Shown in pieces: positions 54,663 through 64,000 of a DNA stretch of 64,000 nucleotides. Where the stretch lies: assembly GCF_009914755.1 (NCBI RefSeq), contig NC_060930.1; one strand, 5' to 3'. A program made the translations under genes and the position numbers. Origin of the DNA: the human T2T-CHM13v2.0 reference genome, Homo sapiens. Within the stretch, counting starts at the first letter, position 1, and each line of letters begins with the position of its first letter. The notes below the pieces were generated by a model that did not search any database, had not been told where the DNA came from, and saw only the letters and a program-made list of their open reading frames with translations.

Positions 54663-56922
54663 TGTTACAGGCAGCATGTATTCTGATGTTGTTTTATTTA
54701 GTTCTCTCTCCTTTTTTGGGGATTGGGTAAGTATGGTAGTGGGTATGTGTCCTCACACAGAAAAGTTTAAACTGCAATTTGAATGAAATTTTGTAACTTC
54801 CTGAAATGCAGATTAGGTTGTGGCATGCTAGTTCACTTTGGATTCATGTGATGTCACCAAATGGCTAAAAAAAAAAAAAAAAATCAAACATGATCAGCAC
54901 AGTTATTACTTTTTAAAGCCTTTTGAGAAAAACATGTGTGTTGAAGAACAGGATAGTGGACACAAAAATAACTTCAGTCTCTAAGTGGGTAGAGAATTGT
55001 TTTAACTTGATAATGTGTTTGAAAAGAAGATAAGACAGTGGTTTGGGAAGTCACTGCCCTCTGCCCTGTGTGGAATCCAAGGATTATTAGCATTACAAGA
55101 AGAAATTGCAGATGATCATTACTAAATGAAGAGATTACTGGGAGACACATGCCTCAGGTCAAAGAAGACAATGGGGATTAAGAGATTACAACTAATACAG
55201 AGATGATATTAACTGTTTTCCCAAGGTTGAATACAAAGGAAATAAGAACAACTATTTCTCAGGCTGGAGTAGGGAGTGGTGCTGGAGCTGAGGTTGCTTT
55301 TAAATATTCTTTCTAAATTTGGCCCCAAATTCTTTAGGTTAGTTGTATTACTCAGGAAGAAAGATTGAAGCCATGTTGATTTGGATACTGTGTCAAAACT
55401 CAGTCTTGATTCACTGTGCTTGCTGTCCTTCCTCAGTCACTGCTGTTGCAATTCAAGTCCTGAAGACAGGGTAGGAATCCAACCTGAGGCAGTTATGGGA
55501 GAGACTGTAAATTCCCACACTGGTTTTCAGAGACCCGGAGTCTAAACCCATTTTTGACCAGAAGAATGTGATGGAATTTCTTACACGCTCAGATACTTCA
55601 TCTGCAAAATTGAGGGAATAATGCTAGATTATTTTCACAATTCCAGATAATTGCTAAACATGTAGGTACCTCTCAAAGATCCACAGCATTAGAAGCACTG
55701 AAAATCTATGCGGTTGTTCAATAATATTATATCTTGGAAATATCATTCCAGGATGAAAGTTCATGAATGTTTTCCCTTCAAGAAGGCTATAACATTTATG
55801 ACATAATTTATACAGACATTATTTATACAGTTTTGGAATAATTTATTTCATTTTAAAAGGGCTAATAACTTTTTATTTAAGGATAATAAAATGAATTTAC
55901 ATACAAAACACTTAAACATTTCCCTAAAGTGTGTTTTGGTCTAAACAATGGTGAAAACCATTAGGCAAAATTTGACATTGAAGTAAACTGAAAACAAGTT
56001 GTCTGACTTAGTTTTAACCTGAGACATTTAATTTAGTTTCAAGATTTTTATAAAAATAAAGCCAAGTTTCAATGTGTACGTTCACTTGACATAAGACTAT
56101 CACATATTGTAAAGTAAATTATAGTGTAAAATATGAGTATATGACTAAGAAGATACTGTCACTTTAAGCCATTCTTTAAAAAATTCTGCCAAACAGAAAT
56201 TTAGAGGTTGCGCTTTCCTTATTTAGCTGGGTTAATCTCTTAGTTGCCAAGGGCAGATTGATTTGTTTATAAACTTGTTAAACCAAATCTGCACATAACC
56301 ACATCACAGATAATAAAGTAGGAAAAGACCACTCAGATTGTCATTCTGTATCCACTCACCACATCAGTCTTGTTAATGTCTAATTTAACTGTTTAAGCAA
56401 TGTATGCTGCATTGCATGTTTTGCACATTGTATTTTTAAGTGATGTGTTGATGATTGTTAACCATGTGTGTGGGTGTGCCTGAAAAGATCCAATGTGCAG
56501 CCAGAATTCCTTTTTCATTGACATACCCAGGCTGGGCTACTGTCAGTGAGTCATTCTCACTGCATTGACACTGAGGCCCCCATGTGCGGTCTTACGTGTT
56601 TGAGACCAGATGCCAGGCATATTTATTCCACGTTGGTACCACTAGCATAGGGAAGACTGTATGCCACTCATTGGTTACTGGCAGTTAAAACTTTTTTCTT
56701 GACATCTGCCACTTTTTAAAAGCCCCCTAATTTTGTAATAAATAAGTTCTTTCCACTACCACTTAGCAAATAAGCTTTCAGTCTTTATAGTGTATTGCTA
56801 CCTAATACATGGAATTATAAACCTTGTGAGATTTAAATTTTCTTTGAACGTGACATTTAGTTTTCTTAGCAATTTTTATGATGGTGTTGTCCTGTTAGTG
56901 TTAGGTATCAGTAATAAAGATA

Positions 56923-56961
56923 TGTGTGTGTGTGTATGTGTGTGTGTGTGTGTGTGTGTGT
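56923..56961. repeat. (TG)n microsatellite
   Basis: About 19 TG units with one TA interruption. Confidence 0.97.
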
Positions 56962-57627
56962 CTGTAGCAGAAGTTTAAAGAAGATGAAGTGACTTTCTGA
57001 CGGGTGATAGCATGAACCCTTGTATGGAAAAGTTTTACTGTAGCACGTAGAAATTTACACATCACAACTTAAGAAGAGAGAAATGTGGTTTTCTTTTCTA
57101 GAATCTAACTTATACTCTTGAGGTTCTGTTATGCTTAGAGGAGATAATGTCATTTCTTCTAGCCCAGTAGCAATTTGATCCAGTTGATTTTTCTTAGCCA
57201 AAATTGAATATTTTAGTTATTGTTCATTTCAAAGCCCGGCCACTTCTCAGTAAAGGGCATCTGGAAGAATTTCTTTCCATTTTCCTCAGTGGCATCTGGG
57301 AACACTGGGAAAAGTCATTTCCAATCAGGCAGTGAGGCAGGGACATGACTTTGATTTTTTTGTTGTCCTCCTGGTTCCTGCAGGTCTTGGCCCAGTGGTG
57401 CCTGGGCTTGCCTGGTCCAAGCATGGACTGATCTTTTGAGCATCCTACTAATTTCTATAACTGATGCTCGTGCACCCTTGATTTTGAGATTCCTGATCAA
57501 TGTTGATGGACTGTTTTAGACCTAGGTTCTGAGCACCTTTGCATCACCCATGACAGTCCATGGGGCCTTCCATTTTCCATACCTCACTGGTGTGTGTGAA
57601 CCTTGTGGGGTTGGTCTCTAAACTCAT

Positions 57628-59515
<1,888 letters not shown>

Positions 59516-60444
59516 CTCATACACAGGCATCTTCCTCAGCGGTGGAATCTGCCTCTTCAGCTGGGTCCACTCCTGCTGCCATTGTGAGGTTGTACCATTC
59601 CAAATGCAGAGTTTCTCTGAAAGGTTTTTGATAGGGCCAGTCTCTGCCCAGGAAAGCAGAGGATCAACAATGGTCCCTCAGATGCCCCCAAACCTACATC
59701 ACTGCTTCTCCTGTCCATAGACTGCTCTCTGTCCCTGAGGTTTGACCTCTGGGTAGGGAGGCAGGAAGTGGGCTGCCCACCTCTGATACCTCGTCCACAC
59801 TTCCTCTTCTTCTTTCTGCCAGCATAGAAATGGCTTTTCATTTCAGTTCTTATCTTCTAGAATTGACAATAGATTATTGTCTTTCTTTTCTACTCTGGGA
59901 AGCATGTAATTATTGATCTGAGTCCTTCAAGTTTGGCTTTTATATACAAATACTTAGCTTTGGAGAATTTCAATAGAACCCTTTTCCTCCTCAAGAAAGC
60001 CTGGCTCCTGCTAAACCAAAAGCCTTTGCATTCAGGGAATAGCCTTGCTATGGATGTAAAATTTCATATTATAAAGCTGTAAACTGATTGATGACTGCTG
60101 CTCTTGGCTGTGTGTTGCTCTTTTCCTGAGTCAATGAACCCCGCTGGATTAAGAGGGTGCAGGGAAGATAAGGAGAACTATAGGAAAGTTACAATTTGAA
60201 GTTTACCTGTGATGAAATGACATTGGCTTAATATCACAAAAAGATTAATCATCCAGTACATCAGCATCATCTGTAAGCCACCAATTGACTGTTGGGATTT
60301 TTTAGATGGGTCTGATGAAAAGGAATTAAATTTACATTTGGATTTCTATTAATGACTGTATAGTTTGTTCAAAAGAGAGTTACTCTAGTTTTCTTTACCT
60401 TGCTGTTATTCAGCTATTTTTTCTCTCTTTTATAATTTAGTCTT

Positions 60445-61110
60445 TACATTTTTAAATTGTAAAATAAAATGCAGATACAGAATGCTCTCCCATGAATTTG
60501 TGTACATGTTAATGAATTGCTTAGTAAATTTTAAGGCAAAAGCCTTTGTAACCAACACTAGATCAAATAGAACTTTGTCAGCCACTCATAAGCCCCTCTA
60601 TATCCTCTATTCCAATCATAATCCCCTCCCTTCTGCCATATGTAATAATTATGCTATATAACAGAATAATAGTAATAAGCTTATTACTATTATTTTTGAT
60701 AATCACTTCCTTGTATGTGTGTGTATGTTTAGTTTGAACATTTATATAAGTCCACTCCTACACATTGTAATTTAGTCTTTTCCATTATTTAAAATTTGAT
60801 CAGTCTTTTGAAACCTTCAGTCTATGGTTCTTCTCTCTACCTCAATCTTTTCCCTGTGCTTTTTCTGTCGAACACCTGGACTGTTTGACCTGTAAAGTTT
60901 CCCATGGTCTGGACTTTGCTGAATGCATGCTCATGGTATAGTTTGGTATGTTCCTTTGTCCTTTTGTATTTTCTGCAAATTAGCAGCTGGATCCAGACAC
61001 TGGATCAGATTCAAGTTCAATATCTTTGGCAATACTAGAAGGAGTGTTTGGGAAGACTATAGGAGGAAGCTCATGTCTATTTCTTTTTATGAGGCCAACA
61101 ATTGTTGATG
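60445..61110 (-). mobile_element. Old L1MC/MD 3' UTR fragment
   Basis: ttttaaattgtaaaataaaat...; aagtttcccatggtctggactttgctga...cagattcaagttcaatatctttggcaa. Confidence 0.6.
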
Positions 61111-61709
61111 TTTAGTGTCTAAATCTATTATATAATAGGTTCTTTAGTGCTACTTTCATGCTCTGGATCCTTATGGTATATGAAAGATTCAAAAAATGTC
61201 AGGCAAATAGGAGACAAGCTTCCCCAAATTGTACTGTATTTATTTTTTACATTCTAAATGCCTTTTACTTATTGCATTTGGTATAAACCAGGTTGCAAAG
61301 GCCACTTCAAGCTTGGGGCAATGTCGAGCCAAATTTTAGGGAAAAAAGCAATTTCTGTGGCTCTATCTCCCACCTGCTTTTGTGGAACTTCTCCCTCCTA
61401 CAAAGGCCTCTCTCTCTCACCAGTTACTGTGGGAAGTTCTAGATGGTGTCTTTTGGATGCTCTTGAAATGGTATTCTCAGCTACCACGTGGCATCTTTCT
61501 GTCACTTCCCTCGTTGCCCATCCAGCTCTGACTTCCTTTGGTGATGTCTTCTTTAAAGCCTCTGGGCTCTGTGAAACATTACTTAGGTGGCCCCTTGCAG
61601 TTGCTACTGCTACTGTGCAGATGTGGGTGACATTTCCCACTGATGCCAAAGGGCAGAGTGTGCTAATTTTTCTTCTAAATGTCTGTTTTCTCCTCCTCTT
61701 GGGACACCT

Positions 61710-62196
61710 GTAATACACTTCTCAACCTCTCTTGCAATGTGATGTGACCGTGTAACTAATTTCTAGACAATGCTAGATATTTGCAAGTGATATGTGCCAC
61801 TTTGTGGATAGCTGGTTTGTCCCCTCCAAACTTTCTTTCCCCTTTGTGCTGGCTAGATCCAAATGGTGATGGCACTCTGGGCGGAGGTCTGCAAATACCT
61901 TAGGCTTTAGTGTCATATGGTCTCTGTCATGACTATGGTACTCAGTTCAGCTGTTATTGTGCAAAACTAGCCATAGACAATGCGTAAACAAATATGTATG
62001 GTTTTGTTCCCATAAAACTTTATTTACAAAAAGAATCTCTGAGCTATATTTTGCTGGTACCTTCCCTAGAGGATAGCAGAGCCACAAGACAGAAAGAACT
62101 TGGCCACTGATCACTACATAGAGGAAAGCTGCTTGTCAACCAGGAACAGCCATCTTCCACTATTATAATACGGACAAATAAGTTTCTATTGTATTT
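61710..62196 (+). mobile_element. LTR16-like ERVL LTR split by MER58A
   Basis: cttgcaatgtgatgtgaccgtgtaact...aagtgatatgtgccactt; gcagagccacaagacagaaagaac...aaataagtttctatt. Confidence 0.55.
61882..62063. mobile_element. MER58A hAT element
   Basis: atatggtctctgtc...agccatagacaatgcgtaaacaaat...gttcccataaaactttatttacaaaa. Confidence 0.8.
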
Positions 62197-62202
62197 CATT
62201 CA

Positions 62203-62843
62203 TGTTTTAGTTTCCTATGTCTGCCATAACACAGTATTATTACAAAGTAAGAGGCTTAAAACAGTGGAATTTTATTGTCTTGCAGTTCTAGAGGCCAGAA
62301 ATCCAAAATCAAGGACTGTGGTCCCTCTGAAACCTCTAGAGGAGAATCCTTCCCTGCCTCTTCCTAGCTTTGGGTGGCATCGGTCAGTCCTGGTCACTAC
62401 AATCTGCCTCTGTCCTCACATAGCATTCTCCCTGTGTGTTTGTCTCTGTGTCTCTTCTCCTCTCTCTCTTGTTTTTCAAATAATAACATTGTACATAGTT
62501 TTATTTTCATGAAGTCAACAGGAATTGGAAGGAAACTACAAAATATAAGTGATAAAAAAAGTGTGAAATAATACAATTTTACAGCAGGACTATCCTGTCT
62601 GATCTCTTACCTCGGGTGTTTTAACATACTCTTCCCTCACTTCTGGACATATTCATGGCTCTTCTCTTATAAAGACACCAGTCATGTTGGATCAAGAAAC
62701 CAGCTTGCTCCAGTATGACCTCATAGTCATGTATATCTTAATTACATCTGCAAAGACCCTATTTCCTTATAAGGTTACACTCAGATATATTAAAGATTAG
62801 AACTTTAAACATGTCTTTTTGGAGGTCACAATTCACCTCACAA
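62203..62843 (-). mobile_element. MLT1C-like MaLR LTR interrupted by a ~190-bp insert
   Basis: ttagtttcctatgtctgccataaca...cagttctagaggccagaaatccaaaatcaagg...; resumes at cttataaagacaccagtca...ttacatctgcaaagaccctatttcc. Confidence 0.85.
62471..62658 (-). pseudogene. Putative short retrocopy or orphan transduction of an unknown polyadenylated RNA 3' end
   Basis: Non-LTR insert in MLT1C; minus-strand AATAAA (62505-62500) 23 nt upstream of an A5 remnant; degenerate TSD ctctctctt / ctcttctctt. Confidence 0.55.
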
Positions 62844-63518
62844 AGTGATTATATGCTCTTAGGGAGACTTATTACTGAAGCCCACTGGACTATGACCATG
62901 CTGTACTTCACTGATACTGGAAAAATTTATTTTTCACACTTTTTTCCTCACCCAAAGTGTCTCAGAGTTGTTGCTATTGCTTCTTTTTTTTTTCTTTTTC
63001 AAAAAATATATTTACGTGAAAGAAGAGTCACCATCTTTCTAGACCTCATGCTCAAGTCCATGGAGACTAGAAGGAAGGCAGAGATGATTCTGGAGAGGTA
63101 AGAAGGACAGCGATCTCAACAATAGGAAGACTTCATGCTGAAGCATTGTTCTACTCGCTCCTCCTGGTGACTGTGTAGCTGTGTTTCTAACTCTCCTTCC
63201 CTCAGCATAAGCTCTTGCCAGGGGTCTCTTTAGTCAGATATACTCTTGACCAGCATTACTTCCTTTTCTCTTGACCCTCCTGCTTACCACCCTCACAGAC
63301 ATGACGAGACCTGTTTAATCCCAAACTGAAAACAGCAGACACTCTGACCTCATATGCTTTTACTGAGAGCTATAAAACGTGTTAAAGACTAATGATAATT
63401 AGAACTTCATCTCCATCTCCAAACAATAATCTTCTTTTAGGTGAAGCTAACAAATGATTGGTTGACAGGAGCCTGTCAGAAAACTCCTATTTAGACAATT
63501 TTCTTCAAGCAAGAAGAA

Positions 63519-63580
63519 AGAAATAAAAGTACAGAAAGTTTAGAAATAAAAGTACAGAAAGTTTAGAAATCGAAGTACAA
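63519..63580. repeat. 23-bp tandem repeat, about 2.6 copies
   Basis: agaaataaaagtacagaaagttt twice plus a partial third copy. Confidence 0.9.
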
Positions 63581-63661
63581 ATCGGGGTGAGTCAAAAGGT
63601 CAAAACTTAATCTGTGGCACACATTGGCAGCCACCACCTGGTACATCTGGTATTATGGTTC

Positions 63662-64000
63662 TTTTTATTATTATTATTTTTAAATATTTTATTATACTTT
63701 AAGTTCTGGGATACATGTGCAGAATGTGCAGGTTTGTTACATAGGTATACATGTGCCATGGTGGTTTGCTGCACCCATCAACCTGTCATCTACATCAGGT
63801 ATTTCTCCTAATGCTAACCCTCCCCTTGTCCCCCAACCCCCCTACAGGCCCTGGCATATGATGTTCCCCTCCCTGTGCCCATATGTTCTCATTGTTCAAC
63901 TCCCACTTATAAGTGAGAACATGTGGTGTTTGGTTTTCTGTTCCTATGATAGTTTTCTGAGAAAGACAGTTTCCAGCTTCATCCACGTCCCTGCAAAGGA
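63662..64000 (-). mobile_element. L1PA7/8-like 3' end (runs off the window)
   Basis: ttattatactttaagttctgggatacatgtgcagaatgtgcagg...ttccagcttcatccacgtccctgcaaagga. Confidence 0.94.

Noticed and set aside
54205-54786. 193-aa and 129-aa ORFs
   Set aside because: Artefacts of the stop-free TTTC/TTCC microsatellite
61258-61718. Overlapping 151-aa (+) and 106-aa (-) ORFs
   Set aside because: No recognisable domain or splice context, and they lie among old repeats; treated as chance

Overview
This is AT-rich primate (human-like) non-coding DNA, either intronic or intergenic. I find no credible protein-coding gene, tRNA or full-length RNA gene. The ORF track is explained by Alu, L1 and LTR repeats, low-complexity tracts or chance. 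The window is a layered transposon record: about 16 MIRs, L2 and L3/CR1 relics, hAT-Charlie elements (MER1A, MER5, MER58A, MER102), MaLR/ERV LTRs (MLT1, THE1, MST, MER39-like), a 4.2-kb L1MA, three L1PA 3' ends and eight Alus. Three observations stand out. (1) A TSD-flanked L1PA insertion carries a perfect 21-nt piece of 5S rRNA at its 5' end in inverted orientation (30352-30372), consistent with twin priming in trans. (2) A 100-bp inverted repeat at 97% identity sits on the tails of two ancient MIRs 1.24 kb apart (10970-11069 / 12312-12411). (3) An orphan ~190-bp polyadenylated insert lies inside an MLT1 LTR (62471-62658). Repeat subfamily names come from my recall of consensus sequences and need RepeatMasker/Dfam confirmation. 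I could not identify the locus.
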